A stretch of DNA of 64,000 nucleotides from a candidate division TM6 bacterium GW2011_GWF2_28_16 (lineage in GTDB: Bacteria > Patescibacteriota > Microgenomatia > UBA1400 > PJMF01), in contig CP011212.1 in NCBI GenBank assembly GCA_001029715.1, positions 195,407 through 259,406 on the forward strand, given 5' to 3'. The notes under the pieces are model-generated. The model ran no database searches. It saw nothing but the letters and a program-made list of their open reading frames with translations, and had not been told where the DNA came from. Positions 27,301-38,399 of the stretch are shown here, one piece after another; position 1 is the stretch's first letter, and each line of letters opens with the position of its first letter. The position numbers and the translations under genes were made by a program.

Positions 27301-27786
27301 GGTCCTTACTCCTTAGTTACTCAACAGCCTTTGGGTGGTAAAGCTCAAATGGGTGGACAGAGAATGGGTGAAATGGAAGTTTGGGCACTTGAAGCTCACC
27401 GTGCCGCTCATGTTCTTCAAGAAATGTTAACTATTAAGTCCGATGATGTTCATGGTCGTGCCAAAGCTTTTGAAGCTATTGTTAAGGGTGAGGATATTCC
27501 AACCCCAACCGTTCCAGAAGCTTTCAGAGTCTTGTGTAAAGAACTCAATTCTTTATCTTTAAATGTCATTGCTCTCGATCCAACTGAAGAAGAAGTTGTG
27601 GAAAAAGTTGCCGCAGTTGCACCAGAAGAAATTCTAATTCTTGATGATTTGGAAGGTACAACTATCACTAGTGGAGATGAAGAAAAAGTTGATTTAGAAG
27701 AAGATGAAGAAGTAGAAGATTTTGATGGAAAAGAAGAAGAGATAGAAGACGAAGTCTCCGAGACAGAAGAGGAGACTTTAAACTAA
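24337..27786 (+). CDS. rpoB: RNA polymerase beta subunit
   Basis: GDKLAGRHGNKG, HARSTGPYSLVTQQPLGG, GEMEVWALE. Confidence 0.99.
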   Translation: MPQKARRQNWGQKHQILPILDLIQLQSESYKDFLENGIAVALKEVNGDKGIEDFTGKNWSLTFGKYRFGEVKYSPAQAKSKNVSYDMPLYVEATLLNKRTGEERTQEVFLGDIPKMTATGNFIVNGIERGIVTQLVRSPGVFFLGEEDSASKQLLYKTELRPMRGSWLEVTVSRRNVITVKIDRRRKMPVTVLLRAFGYESNDDIAALFEDVLKKDKLDLLNNTLKKDSTTNQAEALIEIYEKMRPGEPAVLETAREFLNHMFFDDRRYDLGEVGRYKVNRRLKIDVDKKKTILDPQDLVAAIGYLIALQNGEGKVDDIDHLSNRRVRRVGELVAGNAFRIGLIRLERSIREKMSLTKTDEILTPSALVNARPLIAAVSEFFRRNRLSAILDQTNPLSEVDNLRRLSVMGTGGVTRERASFSMRDINASQYSRICPIRSPEGPNIGLVTYLSLYTRVNDYGFLEAPYLKVINVKGKMKITDEIVYLSADEEEDYHITHASIGISDDGYITEEWIPMRYRNEFIESSVEEVEYIDVVPRQVVGSSASLIPFIAHDEANRALMGSHMQCQAVPLVKAQAPVIGTGMEAEIAAAMGRTILAPFDGVIEYVDSSKVILKLDKKLHEKAKTFVEVSNNELIEFNKGSIEYKLSKYVRTSQSTCFSQKAVVKFGQEVKKGDVLIDGPATDQGELALGTNLLIAYTSFNGLGYEDALVISDRLVKEDALTSIQISEHKAKVMDTRLGPEELTNDIPNVSETFLANLTVDGIIRIGSHVKSGDILVGKVAPKGETELSPEERLLRAIFGEKSKEVRDTSLRIPHGEEGVVIDVQILDRDLGDELDPGTIREVIVKIAEMRKITVGDKLAGRHGNKGVISKIVPAADMPHLEDGTAVDIIISPLSVLARMNLGQLLETHLGWAADKLGYKVAVPAFEEFNEDKIWNELEKAGLPVSGKAQLYNGYTGEAYREKSVVGINYILKLSHMVEDKTHARSTGPYSLVTQQPLGGKAQMGGQRMGEMEVWALEAHRAAHVLQEMLTIKSDDVHGRAKAFEAIVKGEDIPTPTVPEAFRVLCKELNSLSLNVIALDPTEEEVVEKVAAVAPEEILILDDLEGTTITSGDEEKVDLEEDEEVEDFDGKEEEIEDEVSETEEETLN

Positions 27787-27813
27787 TTTTAGTAAATTTT
27801 TTGAAAGAAACTT

Positions 27814-30800
27814 ATGAAAAACATTGTCGACTTCTCAGCCCTACAAATTAAAATAGCTTCTCCAGATGACATCATGAGCTGGTCTCATGGTGAAGTCAAA
27901 AAACCAGAAACTATTAACTATCGTTCTCTTAAGCCAGAAAAAGATGGTCTTTTTGATGAAAAAATCTTTGGACCAAGTAAAGACTACGAATGTTATTGTG
28001 GAAAATATAAGCGCATTCGTTATAAAGGTATTATCTGTGACAAATGTGGTGTGGAAGTTACTGAAGCTAAAGTTCGTCGTGAACGCATGGCTCACATCAA
28101 GTTAGCTTCTCCAGTTGCTCATATCTGGTTTTTCAAGGGAGCTCCTTCTAAATTGTCTTTACTTTTGGATATTTCTCCAAGAAATCTTAACTCCATCATG
28201 TACTTCTCTCAGTATGTAGTTCTTGCAGTTGATGATGAAGAAAAGAAAGCAGTTCTAGAGAGATTAGATATTGATCAAGTTGCTGCAGCTGACCAGTTAC
28301 GTGACAATGCTGAAAAAGCCATTCTTACTCTTAAAGAGACCTTAGATCAAGAGAAAACTTCCCTAAGCGAAAGAGTTAAGAGTAAAGAAGCTATGCAGCT
28401 TAAAATTACTGAACTCGAGCTTAAGGCTAAAAACAAAATTATTGCTACCAAACAACAATTAGAAGTTCAACTTGAGCAAACAGAAGAAATTTTCAAGACC
28501 ATTAAACAAATGGTTAAAAAAATCAAAATCAAAACTGTTTTAACTGAAGATGAATATCTCAAGTTAGATGAATACGATGCTGCTTCTCATTTAGAAGTTG
28601 GTATGGGTGCAGAAAGTATTTTGGCTTTGGCTAAAAAAGTTGATTTAGACGCTGAAGTTAAAATTTTAAGAGATGAATTAGCTGAAAGCAAAGGTGCTAA
28701 AAAAGCCAAAGTTACCAAGAGACTGCGCGTAGTTGAAGGTTTCAAAAAGTCTAGTATTGACCCAGCTTGGTTGTTCTTAACAGTTTTACCAGTTTTACCT
28801 CCAGACTTGCGTCCTATGGTGCAATTATCTGGTGGTCGTTTTGCAGCTTCAGATCTTAATGATCTCTATCGTCGTGTCATTAACCGTAATAATCGTTTGG
28901 CTCACTTAATTAATTTAGGTGCCCCAGAAATCATTTTACGTAACGAGAAAAGAATGCTCCAAGAAGCTGTTGATTCTTTAATCGATAGTTCTCAAACCAA
29001 GCAAACTCGTCGTCGTAGTAATCGTCGTCCACTGCGTTCTCTTTCTGAGATGTTACGTGGTAAGACTGGTCGTTTCCGTCAAAACTTACTTGGTAAACGT
29101 GTCGACTATTCAGGTCGTAGTGTTATCGTGGTCGGTCCAGAACTAAAACTCAACCAATGTGGTTTACCAAAAGACATGGCTTTGGAAATTTTCAAACCTT
29201 ATGTTTTGAGAGAATTAATTCTCAAAGGCATTGCTCCAAACGTTAAGAGTGCTCGTCATTTAGTTGATCGTCGTGAATCTAGTGTTTACGCAATTCTTGA
29301 GCAGGTTATCGAGAACCACCCGGTTCTTTTAAACCGTGCTCCTACTTTGCATAAATTAGGTATTCAAGCTTTCTTCCCAGTTTTGATTGAAGGTGGGGCT
29401 ATTTCGCTTCATCCTTGTGTTTGTTCTGGCTATAATGCTGATTTTGATGGTGATCAAATGGCTGTTCACGTACCTTTGACCAAACAAGCTCAACAAGAAG
29501 CGATCGATTTAATGATGGCTAACCACAATTTGCTCAAGCCAGCTAATGGTGAACCTATTACTGTGCCAAATAAAGAAATGGCTCTTGGTGCTTATTACTA
29601 CACTAGTTTTGATGAAAAGTTTGAGCTTTTCCCATCTATTTTGGGTAGTAAGAATGAGGCTTATCATTTACATCAGATTGGCAAACTTGATCTTCGTCAA
29701 AAAGTTAAAGTTTTTATGAAGATTAAAGGTAAAAAACAAATTGTTGAAACCAATATTGGTCGCTTGCTTTTCAATAGTGTTTTACCTGAGAGTTTGCGTT
29801 TTATCAATGAACCAGTTAATGCCAAAATGATTAAACAAATTGTCACTAAAGCTATTGAAATCGAAGATAACGAAGTGGTAGCCAAAATGATTGATGACAT
29901 TAAAGATTTAGGTTTTGAAGCAGCTACTGTCTCTGGTTTATCTGTTTCAGTCAGCGATTGTGAAATGCTTGCTGAGAAAGATCAGGTTGTCGATGCCGCT
30001 AATCAAAAAGCTGAATTAATTCGTGATAATTATTTACAAGGTTTGATTACTGATGAAGAACGTCGTCGTCAATCTCTTGATGTTTGGATTAAAACCACCG
30101 ATGAATTAGCCGAAAAAACTTGGAAAACCTATGCCGATGACAACTCAGTCAAAGTAATTATTGATTCAGGTGGTACTCGTGCTTCCAAAGATCAGGTGAA
30201 GCAGTTAGGTGCCATGCGCGGATTAGTGGTTGATCCACTTGGAAACATTGTGGAAATGCCTACTAAATCTAACTTTAGACAGGGTTTATCTATCTTTGAA
30301 TATGTGACTTCAGCTCGTGGTTCTCGTAAAGGTTTGACTGACTCAGCTATTAAAACTGCTGATGCTGGTTATTTAACCCGTCGTTTAGTGGATGTCTCTC
30401 ATGATGCTATTATTCGTCAAGAAGATTGTGGAACTACAGAGGGAATAGAGCTAGTAAGAGCACCTAGAAATGATGTTTTCTATTACAGAATTCTTGGTCG
30501 CTATACTAGTAAAGATATTAAAATTGGCAAAAGAACCGTAGTCACTGCTGGTGAATTAATCAATGATGATATGGCTAAAGAGATTGCCGCCTCAGACTTA
30601 GAATCAGTTTGGGTGCGCTCTCCAATTACCTGTCATTGTAACAAAGGTCTTTGTAGCAAATGTTATGGTTGGGATTTTGCCACCAGAACAGACGTAGAAA
30701 TTGGTGTACCAGTTGGTGTCATTGCTGCTCAGTCAGTAGGTGAACCAGGTACTCAGCTTACAATGCGTGTTAAACATTCAGGTGGTATCGTCGGTTTAGA

Positions 30801-31503
30801 CGTGACCCAAGGTTTGCCTCGTGTGGAAGAATTACTTGAAGCACGTAATCCAAAAGTTCAAGCTTTGATTGCTCATATTGTTGGTAAAGTTAAAATTGAA
30901 GAAAAAGATGGTGAAAATATTATCACCATTAAAAATAAAGAAGGTGAAGAAGAAACCTTTACTCTCCCAGCTTCAGTTGCTTTGCTAGTTAAAGATAAAG
31001 ATTTGGTTTTTGCAGGTCAAAAATTAACTAGTGGTGGTGTGAACATTCAAGAGCTTTTACAACTTAAGGGTCTAATCTTCACACAGCAACACATCATTGA
31101 CCAAGTTCAAGAGGTTTATGAATCTCAGGGTGTAACTATTAATGATAAGCATTTTGAAGTTATCACTCGTAAAATGGGTGACAAACTCCAAATTGAACTT
31201 TCTGGAGACACTGATCTCTTAGTTGGTGAAGTAGTCGAGCGTGCTCGCTTCGTAGAAGTGAATGATAATGTTATGGCAGCCGGTGGTGATCCAGCTACTG
31301 CAAGAGTTTTGCTTTTGGGTATTACCAGATCATCTCTCTTTACCAGTTCTTGGTTGTCTGCTGCTTCTTTCCAACACACCAAGCATGTTTTGACCGATGC
31401 TGCTTCTGAGGGCGCGATCGATTACCTGGAAGGTTTGAAAGAAAATGTTATTATTGGTCGTTTAATCCCAACTAGTGAGGAAAGGGCCAGAGCAACAGTA
31501 TAG
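27814..31503 (+). CDS. rpoC: RNA polymerase beta' subunit
   Basis: KPETINYR, Zn finger, [12 protein letters not shown]. Confidence 0.99.
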   Translation: MKNIVDFSALQIKIASPDDIMSWSHGEVKKPETINYRSLKPEKDGLFDEKIFGPSKDYECYCGKYKRIRYKGIICDKCGVEVTEAKVRRERMAHIKLASPVAHIWFFKGAPSKLSLLLDISPRNLNSIMYFSQYVVLAVDDEEKKAVLERLDIDQVAAADQLRDNAEKAILTLKETLDQEKTSLSERVKSKEAMQLKITELELKAKNKIIATKQQLEVQLEQTEEIFKTIKQMVKKIKIKTVLTEDEYLKLDEYDAASHLEVGMGAESILALAKKVDLDAEVKILRDELAESKGAKKAKVTKRLRVVEGFKKSSIDPAWLFLTVLPVLPPDLRPMVQLSGGRFAASDLNDLYRRVINRNNRLAHLINLGAPEIILRNEKRMLQEAVDSLIDSSQTKQTRRRSNRRPLRSLSEMLRGKTGRFRQNLLGKRVDYSGRSVIVVGPELKLNQCGLPKDMALEIFKPYVLRELILKGIAPNVKSARHLVDRRESSVYAILEQVIENHPVLLNRAPTLHKLGIQAFFPVLIEGGAISLHPCVCSGYNADFDGDQMAVHVPLTKQAQQEAIDLMMANHNLLKPANGEPITVPNKEMALGAYYYTSFDEKFELFPSILGSKNEAYHLHQIGKLDLRQKVKVFMKIKGKKQIVETNIGRLLFNSVLPESLRFINEPVNAKMIKQIVTKAIEIEDNEVVAKMIDDIKDLGFEAATVSGLSVSVSDCEMLAEKDQVVDAANQKAELIRDNYLQGLITDEERRRQSLDVWIKTTDELAEKTWKTYADDNSVKVIIDSGGTRASKDQVKQLGAMRGLVVDPLGNIVEMPTKSNFRQGLSIFEYVTSARGSRKGLTDSAIKTADAGYLTRRLVDVSHDAIIRQEDCGTTEGIELVRAPRNDVFYYRILGRYTSKDIKIGKRTVVTAGELINDDMAKEIAASDLESVWVRSPITCHCNKGLCSKCYGWDFATRTDVEIGVPVGVIAAQSVGEPGTQLTMRVKHSGGIVGLDVTQGLPRVEELLEARNPKVQALIAHIVGKVKIEEKDGENIITIKNKEGEEETFTLPASVALLVKDKDLVFAGQKLTSGGVNIQELLQLKGLIFTQQHIIDQVQEVYESQGVTINDKHFEVITRKMGDKLQIELSGDTDLLVGEVVERARFVEVNDNVMAAGGDPATARVLLLGITRSSLFTSSWLSAASFQHTKHVLTDAASEGAIDYLEGLKENVIIGRLIPTSEERARATV

Positions 31504-31570
31504 AAGTAATAATGAAAAAACAAGGCTAATGTGTTAAAATTGTTGCCTTGGAGAAATAGAAAATAAAATT

Positions 31571-31981
31571 ATGCCTACAATCAGTCAATTAATTAGAAAA
31601 GGTGGCCGCGTCAGCAGAGTCAAACGTATCAAAGCTACAGCTCTTCGCCGTAGTTTTAATTCAAATGATAATCGCCCAGTTGCTACCAATAGTCCTCAAA
31701 AAAGAGGTGTTTGTACTGTGGTTAAAACCATGACTCCAAAAAAACCAAACTCAGCTCTTCGTAAAGTAGCTAGAGTACGTTTGTCCAATAAAATGGAAGT
31801 CACCGCTTATATTCAAGGTGAAGGTCATAATTTGGCTGAACATAGTATTGTTATGATTAGAGGCGGTCGTGTTAAAGATTTACCAGGTGTTAAATACCAT
31901 ATTATTCGTGGTAAATATGACTGTGCTGGTGTTGAGGGTCGTAAAACCAGTCGTAGTAAATATGGAGTCAAGAAAAGTTAA
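31571..31981 (+). CDS. rpsL: 30S ribosomal protein S12
   Basis: [20 protein letters not shown]. Confidence 0.99.
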   Translation: MPTISQLIRKGGRVSRVKRIKATALRRSFNSNDNRPVATNSPQKRGVCTVVKTMTPKKPNSALRKVARVRLSNKMEVTAYIQGEGHNLAEHSIVMIRGGRVKDLPGVKYHIIRGKYDCAGVEGRKTSRSKYGVKKS

Positions 31982-31992
31982 AGGAAAATAGT

Positions 31993-32469
31993 ATGAGAAC
32001 CAAAAAGGCTCAAGTTCGTGAAATAGAAAAAGACGCTAAATACGGATCTGTTTTAGTGCAGAATATTATCAATCGCAGTATGCAAGATGGTAAGAAATCT
32101 GTCGCTCAAAAACAAGTTTACGATGCATTAGCTATTGTCGAAAAAGAAACCAAGCGTAAAGCTTTGGAAGTTTTAGAAGAAGCTATCGGCAAGATCCAAC
32201 CTCAAATGGAGGTTCGTTCTCGTCGTGTTGGTGGTGCTTCTTACCAAGTGCCTATGCCAGTACGCGGTCGTCGTGCCAATTCTTTAAGTGTAAGGTGGCT
32301 AGTCACTGAATCTAATAAACGTCCAAACAAGCAATATCATAGTTACGCTGAAAAATTAGCAGCTGAACTACTCGATGCTTTAATTGAACAAGGTGGTGCA
32401 ATAGAAAAGCGTAATGGTTCTCACCGTATGGCTGAATCCAACAAAGCTTTCTCCCACTTTAGATGGTAA
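31993..32469 (+). CDS. rpsG: 30S ribosomal protein S7
   Basis: EVRSRRVGGASYQVP, HRMAESNKAFSHFRW. Confidence 0.98.
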   Translation: MRTKKAQVREIEKDAKYGSVLVQNIINRSMQDGKKSVAQKQVYDALAIVEKETKRKALEVLEEAIGKIQPQMEVRSRRVGGASYQVPMPVRGRRANSLSVRWLVTESNKRPNKQYHSYAEKLAAELLDALIEQGGAIEKRNGSHRMAESNKAFSHFRW

Positions 32470-32523
32470 GGTTTTATATTCCGCATTTATTATTAGCTAG
32501 AGAAATTGTAAAATTATAGATCT

Positions 32524-34662
32524 ATGTCAGACATTTCAAAATCAAGACAAGTTCCATTGGAACGCATCAGAAATATTGGTATTATTGCTCACATCGATGC
32601 TGGTAAAACTACCACCACCGAGCGTATCCTTTTTTATACTGGTCGTAATTATAAAATTGGTGAAGTTCACGAGGGCGCAGCCACTATGGACTGGATGGCT
32701 CAGGAACAGGAGCGTGGAATTACTATCGTTTCTGCTGCTACCACTTGTTTTTGGGAACCATATTTTAAAACTGTTTTGCCAAAGGCAAAATATCGTTTTA
32801 ATATCATTGACACCCCAGGACACGTTGATTTTACTGCTGAAGTCGAGCGCTCATTACGCGTTTTAGACGGTGGAATCACTGTTTTAGATGCTTCTGAAGG
32901 CGTACAATCTCAATCTGAAACTGTTTGGCGTCAAGCTGATAAGTATAATGTGCCTCGTATTTGTTTTGTTAATAAAATGGATAAATTAGGTGCTGATTTT
33001 AATGCTACCGTAGAAGATATTCGTGTCAAATTTGGTGTTACTCCAGCAGTGATGGTTTTGCCAATGGGTAGCGAAAACTTTTTTGAAGGAGTCATTGATT
33101 TAATTTCCCGCGATGCTTATTTTTGGGAAGATCACGAAGCCGCTACTGAACCAGAAATTAAAGCAATTCCAGAGGAATACAAAAAAAAAGTTGAAGAAGA
33201 AAGACTGAAATTAGTTGAAGCTATTGCTGAAACTGACGATGCTTTAATGGAAAAATTCTTTGCTGAAGAAGAAATTAGTATTGAAGAACTTAAGACAGCT
33301 TTACGCAAAGCTGTTATTGGTTATAAATTAGTTCCAGTTTTTGCTGGTTCTTCCTTAAAGAATACTGGTATTCAACCTTTACTTGATGCTGTTATCGAAT
33401 ATTTACCATCTCCAACCGATATTGATCACATCGAGGGTCACGTCCCAGGAAAAGTAGAAGAGATAGTGCAACGTAGATTAGTTCCAGAAGAGAAGTTTTG
33501 TGGTCTAGCTTTTAAGATTCAAACCGATCCTCACGTTGGTAAGTTAACTTACTTCCGTGTTTATTCAGGTTCAATTAAAGCTGGTTCTTATGTCTACAAC
33601 TCTAGTAAAGATGTTAAAGAAAGAGTTGGTCGTTTACTTTTAATGCATGCTAATGACAGAGAAGATGTAAATGAAGCTTTTGCCGGAGAGATTATTGCTG
33701 TGGTTGGTCTTCGTGATACTAAAACTGGCGACACTCTTTCTGATGAAAATGCTCCAGTAATTTTGGAAGGCATTACTTTTGCTGATCCAGTTATTTCTTT
33801 AGCTATTGAACCAAAAACTAAGTCTGACCAAGAAAAAATGGGTATGGCTTTGGCTAAACTTTCTGAAGAAGATCCTACTTTTAGCATTACTGTTGATCAT
33901 GAAACTGGACAAACCATCATCGGTGGTATGGGCGAGTTGCATTTGGAAATCATTGTTGATCGTCTCAAAAGAGAATTTAAAGTTGATGCCGATGTAGGCA
34001 AGCCTCAAGTAGCTTATCGTGAAACTATTACCAAAGAAGCCAATGGTGAGGGTAAGTACATTAAACAATCTGGTGGACGTGGACAATATGGCCACGTTTT
34101 ACTCAAAATTGAGCCAAAGGATCGTGGCACTGGTTATGAATTTGTAAATGCTATTACTGGCGGTGTTGTTCCACGTGAATACATTGAGCCTACCAATAAA
34201 GGTATTAAAGAATCTCTTGACAGAGGTTTCTTGGCCAGCTATCCAATGGTGGATGTCAAAGTTACTCTTTATGATGGTTCTTATCATGATGTTGACTCTA
34301 GTGAATTATCTTTTAAGATGGCCGGTTCTCTTGGTATGAGAGATGGTCTTGCTAGAGCAGGAATGATTTTAATAGAACCTGTTATGAAGGTTGAAGTTAG
34401 CACCCCAGAAGAATTCATGGGTGATATTATTGGTGACCTCGGTTCTCGTCGCGCTCAAATTCAGGGTACTAATACCAGAGGTAATGTAGTAATTATTACT
34501 GCTTTAGCTCCTTTATCTGAAATGCAAGGCTATGTAACTAACTTACGTGGCATGACTCAAGGTCGCGCCAGTAGTGTTATGCTTCCAAGTCACTACGAAG
34601 AGGTGCCAAAAAATATTACCGAAAAAATTGTTGAAGAGAGAAAAGGAATTAGAAAAAGGTAA
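32524..34662 (+). CDS. fusA: Elongation factor G
   Basis: [30 protein letters not shown]. Confidence 0.99.
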   Translation: MSDISKSRQVPLERIRNIGIIAHIDAGKTTTTERILFYTGRNYKIGEVHEGAATMDWMAQEQERGITIVSAATTCFWEPYFKTVLPKAKYRFNIIDTPGHVDFTAEVERSLRVLDGGITVLDASEGVQSQSETVWRQADKYNVPRICFVNKMDKLGADFNATVEDIRVKFGVTPAVMVLPMGSENFFEGVIDLISRDAYFWEDHEAATEPEIKAIPEEYKKKVEEERLKLVEAIAETDDALMEKFFAEEEISIEELKTALRKAVIGYKLVPVFAGSSLKNTGIQPLLDAVIEYLPSPTDIDHIEGHVPGKVEEIVQRRLVPEEKFCGLAFKIQTDPHVGKLTYFRVYSGSIKAGSYVYNSSKDVKERVGRLLLMHANDREDVNEAFAGEIIAVVGLRDTKTGDTLSDENAPVILEGITFADPVISLAIEPKTKSDQEKMGMALAKLSEEDPTFSITVDHETGQTIIGGMGELHLEIIVDRLKREFKVDADVGKPQVAYRETITKEANGEGKYIKQSGGRGQYGHVLLKIEPKDRGTGYEFVNAITGGVVPREYIEPTNKGIKESLDRGFLASYPMVDVKVTLYDGSYHDVDSSELSFKMAGSLGMRDGLARAGMILIEPVMKVEVSTPEEFMGDIIGDLGSRRAQIQGTNTRGNVVIITALAPLSEMQGYVTNLRGMTQGRASSVMLPSHYEEVPKNITEKIVEERKGIRKR

Positions 34663-34770
34663 ATAATCCAAATCGCTTGTTTTGCCTGTTTTTTTAAGGT
34701 AAAATACAAGCTCGACAGCAATAATAATTGTTATTTTATAAATTAGTAAACAAATAAAAAAAAGAAAGGA

Positions 34771-34852
34771 GTGAATTTATTTTTAGATGCATTTGATCAC
34801 CTGAGTAAACGTCTTTACTCAAGAGATCACTGAGGATAAAAATAAGATTCAC
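34771..34852 (+). promoter_or_regulatory. Structured 5' leader motif, copy 2 (between RBS and tuf start)
   Basis: Homologous to 9793-9873 with compensatory base changes. Confidence 0.7.
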
Positions 34853-34862
34853 GACATACATT

Positions 34863-36059
34863 ATGGCAGACGCAAAAAAATTTGTCAGAAGTAAGCCGCA
34901 TGTTAACATTGGTACCATTGGTCACGTTGATCACGGTAAAACCACTTTAACTGCAGCTATTACTCAAACCTTAGCTAAACAGGTTCCATGTGAAACCAAT
35001 AAAGCTATGCTTTACTCAGATGTTGAGAGCAGTCAAGAAGAAGTTGCTAGAGGTATTACCATCAATATTAAACATATTGAATATGAAACCTCAAAACGTC
35101 ACTATGCTCATATTGATGCTCCAGGTCATGCTGATTACATCAAAAATATGATTACTGGCGCTGCTCAAATGGATGGTGCTATCTTAGTCGTAGCCGCTAC
35201 TGATGGCCCAATGCCTCAAACTCGCGAGCACATTTTGTTAGCTAATCAGGTTAACGTGCCAAAGATCGTTGTTGCTTTAAATAAATGTGACATGGTCGAT
35301 GATGCAGAATTATTAGATTTAGTTGAATTTGAAGTTCGTGATCTTTTGACTAAATACAATTACGATGGAGAGAATACCCCAGTCATTCGCGTTAGTGCAG
35401 CTAAAGCTTTGGCAGGTGATGCAGATGCTCAGGCCAAAATCATGGAATTAATGGATGCAGTAGATAGCTACATTCCAGAGCCAGTTCGTGATATTGATAA
35501 GCCTTTTAGTATGTACATCGAAGATGTTTTTTCAATCAAAGGTCGTGGCACTGTCGTTACTGGTCGTATTGAAAGTGGTGTCGTCAAAGTTGGCGAAAAC
35601 ATTGATATCATTGGTATTCGTCCTAAAGTATCATCTACCGTTACTGGTGTTGAAATGTTTAGAAAAATGCTCGATCAAGGTCAAGCAGGCGATAACGTTG
35701 GTATTTTGCTTCGTGGCATCGAAAAAGATGGTGTTGAAAGAGGTCAGCTCTTGGCTAAGCCAGGTTCTGCTTCTGCTCACAAGAAATTCGAAGCTGAAGT
35801 TTATATTTTGAAAAAAGAAGAAGGTGGTCGTCACAAACCTTTCTTCTCTGGTTACAAACCTCAGTTCTACATTAGAACAACTGATGTTACCGGTGAAATT
35901 AAACTTCCAGATGGAGTTGAAATGGTTATGCCTGGTGATAATGCTAAGATGACTGTTGAACTCTTAGTGCCAGTCGCTGTTACCGAGGGTTTCCGCTTCG
36001 CTATTCGTGAAGGTGGATTAACTGTTGGCGCAGGTGCTGTGACCAAGATTTTGGATTAA
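34863..36059 (+). CDS. tuf: Elongation factor Tu
   Basis: [33 protein letters not shown]. Confidence 0.99.
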   Translation: MADAKKFVRSKPHVNIGTIGHVDHGKTTLTAAITQTLAKQVPCETNKAMLYSDVESSQEEVARGITINIKHIEYETSKRHYAHIDAPGHADYIKNMITGAAQMDGAILVVAATDGPMPQTREHILLANQVNVPKIVVALNKCDMVDDAELLDLVEFEVRDLLTKYNYDGENTPVIRVSAAKALAGDADAQAKIMELMDAVDSYIPEPVRDIDKPFSMYIEDVFSIKGRGTVVTGRIESGVVKVGENIDIIGIRPKVSSTVTGVEMFRKMLDQGQAGDNVGILLRGIEKDGVERGQLLAKPGSASAHKKFEAEVYILKKEEGGRHKPFFSGYKPQFYIRTTDVTGEIKLPDGVEMVMPGDNAKMTVELLVPVAVTEGFRFAIREGGLTVGAGAVTKILD

Positions 36060-36085
36060 CTTTCACAGTCTTAGAAAAAAGAAAC

Positions 36086-36119
36086 AAAGAAACCCCGCTT
36101 TATAGCGGGGTTTTTCTTT
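36086..36119 (+). terminator. Rho-independent terminator after tuf
   Basis: AAACCCCGCT-ttat-AGCGGGGTTT plus T-run. Confidence 0.85.
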
Positions 36120-36130
36120 ATTAGTTACTC

Positions 36131-36330
36131 TTGCTCTCCCTACTTCCTTCTGGTACAATACAATCCTCTCGAGAAATATGGGAGTAATTTGTTTTTTTGA
36201 GCATTTCTAAAGAAAACTGTTTGAAGAAATATACAAATTTCCCCTGTACAAGAGGGAGAGAATTAGATATAATCGCGTTTTGTGATTTAAGAGATCACAA
36301 ACATAGAGAAAGCAATAAATTAAAAATAGT
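36131..36330 (+). promoter_or_regulatory. S10 operon promoter and structured leader
   Basis: TTGCTC, 17 nt, TACAAT (extended TG); long hairpin ~36165-36255 and second hairpin TTTGTGAT/ATCACAAA. Confidence 0.55.
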
Positions 36331-36651
36331 ATGAATAAAAATCAAAACTCATACAAGATTAGAGTTAGGCTCAAATCTTACGACCACCGCGTTATAGACG
36401 AGGCTTCTCGTAAGATTTTGCAAACCGCTTTGTCTACTGGTGCTAAAGTTATTGGCCCAGTACCATTGCCAACTCATAAAAAATCTTTTACAGTTTTGGT
36501 TTCACCTCATACGGATAAAAATGCTCAAGAGCATTACGAGATTCGTACTCATAAGCGTTTGATCGACATCGTCGATCCAACCAATAAGACCATCGATTCT
36601 TTAATGCACTTGGAACTACCTGCTGGTGTTGATATTCAAATCAAAATGTAG
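36331..36651 (+). CDS. rpsJ: 30S ribosomal protein S10
   Basis: [27 protein letters not shown]. Confidence 0.98.
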   Translation: MNKNQNSYKIRVRLKSYDHRVIDEASRKILQTALSTGAKVIGPVPLPTHKKSFTVLVSPHTDKNAQEHYEIRTHKRLIDIVDPTNKTIDSLMHLELPAGVDIQIKM

Positions 36652-36709
36652 TTTAAGGCAGTAGGATAAGTTAGCTTGAAAACCTAACGCTTTATTTTGT
36701 TGACAAACA

Positions 36710-37453
36710 ATGCTAAATACAATATTTGCTACCAAAGTGGAAATGTCCCAAGCCTGGTCAGAGGATGGTAAGCGCTTGCCTATTACAAAGCTTAAGGTAA
36801 GTGATAACGTCGTTTTATCCAAAAAAGAAACCCAAGATAAACAAGTCACCGTTGAAATTGGTTATGGTCAAAAAAAATTAAAGAATGTTGCTAAACCACT
36901 CAGAGCAAAGATTGCGAAAAGTGGTTTTTCTTTTGGTGTTAAGCAAGTTGAAGGTGTCAAATTAGCCACTCAAGAAGAGGGTGAAACTGTTGTAGAAGCG
37001 GGTCAAACTTTAGCTTTAACCGATGTTTTATCAATTGGCGATGTAGTCGAAATTCAAGGATCAACTAAAGGCCGTGGTTTTGCCGGTGCTATCAAGAGAC
37101 ATGGTTTCCATGGTGGCCCAAAAACCCATGGTCAATCAGATCGTGCTAGAGCTGTTGGCTCTATTGGCTCAGGTACTACTCCAGGTCGTGTTTGGAAAGG
37201 CAAGAGAATGCCAGGCAGATATGGTTGTGATACTAAAACCGTTTCTGGCTTGGTTGTTGTTTATATTGATCAAAAAAGTAATGAAGTTTGGGTTAATGGT
37301 CCTGTTCCAGGATACAGAACTTCAACAGTCAGGATCAGCAAAACTGGAATCAATAAAGAAATTAAATTAAATTTGGGAATGCTTGGTTTGGCTATTCAAA
37401 GTGAACCAGAAGTACCAGAAGTAGCAGAAGTTACTGAGGAAAGTAAATCATAA
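36710..37453 (+). CDS. rplC: 50S ribosomal protein L3
   Basis: KGRGFAGAIKRHGF, PGRVWKGKRMPG. Confidence 0.97.
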   Translation: MLNTIFATKVEMSQAWSEDGKRLPITKLKVSDNVVLSKKETQDKQVTVEIGYGQKKLKNVAKPLRAKIAKSGFSFGVKQVEGVKLATQEEGETVVEAGQTLALTDVLSIGDVVEIQGSTKGRGFAGAIKRHGFHGGPKTHGQSDRARAVGSIGSGTTPGRVWKGKRMPGRYGCDTKTVSGLVVVYIDQKSNEVWVNGPVPGYRTSTVRISKTGINKEIKLNLGMLGLAIQSEPEVPEVAEVTEESKS

Positions 37454-38097
37454 TGCAATTGACAGTGATCGATTCTGCCAGCAAAAATGAAAAAGTCAGA
37501 GTAAGTGACTCTTTGTTTACTGACTCCGGCTCTGACGTACTTTTGTCTCAATCAATCAGAGTTTATTTGAGTAATCTAAGACAGGGTACTAGTCACACTA
37601 AAACCAGATCTGAAATCAATAGAACCAAGAAGAAGTGGTATAAACAAAAAGGTACTGGTAATGCTCGCCATGGTGCTCGTACTCCAAGTATTTTTGTAGG
37701 TGGTGGAGTTGCTTTTGGTCCAAGAGGAAATGAGAACTGGAGTAAGACTTTAACTGCTAAGAGTAAACTTTTAGCCCTTAAATTAGCCTTAAGTGCTCAA
37801 AAAGCCAATCTCTTTTTAAGTAAAAATATTTCTTCTTTAAATGGCAAAACAAGCGAAGCTGTTTCTCTTTTATCTTCTGTAAGTAAAGAAGATGAGAAAG
37901 TTTTGGTAGTTCTAGCCAAGAGTTCAGAATTAGCTCTTCGTTCCTTGCGTAATTTAGAGAATGTTTTAGTAATGACTGCAGATCGTATTAATTCTTTACA
38001 CGTCGCCATGGCTGACAAAATCATTATTGATTTTACTGCCCTCAAAATTTTAGAAGAAAGATTATTAAAAGTTAAGAAAACAGTGATCAAAAAATAA
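37453..38097 (+). CDS. rplD: 50S ribosomal protein L4
   Basis: [18 protein letters not shown]. Confidence 0.97.
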   Translation: MQLTVIDSASKNEKVRVSDSLFTDSGSDVLLSQSIRVYLSNLRQGTSHTKTRSEINRTKKKWYKQKGTGNARHGARTPSIFVGGGVAFGPRGNENWSKTLTAKSKLLALKLALSAQKANLFLSKNISSLNGKTSEAVSLLSSVSKEDEKVLVVLAKSSELALRSLRNLENVLVMTADRINSLHVAMADKIIIDFTALKILEERLLKVKKTVIKK

Positions 38098-38099
38098 TC

Positions 38100-38399
38100 A
38101 TGAATGCCTATTTAATTAAAAAACCAGTTGTCACAGAAAGATCTCTTAGCTTAGCCAAGAAAGAGCATGTTTATACTTTTGAAGTAGAAATGGGTGCTCA
38201 CAAAGGTCAAATTAAAGAAGCCGTTGCCTCCGTTTTTGGAGTCAAGGTTCTTTCAGTTAACACTGTGGTTAGACATAGAGTTAAAAAGAAAACTGGTAAG
38301 AAAAGAATGAATACTGTTAGTCCAAAAACCAAAAAAGCTTACGTGACTTTGGCTAGTGACAATCATATTGATCTTTTTGATGTAGGAGGAGAAAGCTAA
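38100..38399 (+). CDS. rplW: 50S ribosomal protein L23
   Basis: KKPVVTERS, KKAYVTL; synteny. Confidence 0.95.
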   Translation: MNAYLIKKPVVTERSLSLAKKEHVYTFEVEMGAHKGQIKEAVASVFGVKVLSVNTVVRHRVKKKTGKKRMNTVSPKTKKAYVTLASDNHIDLFDVGGES

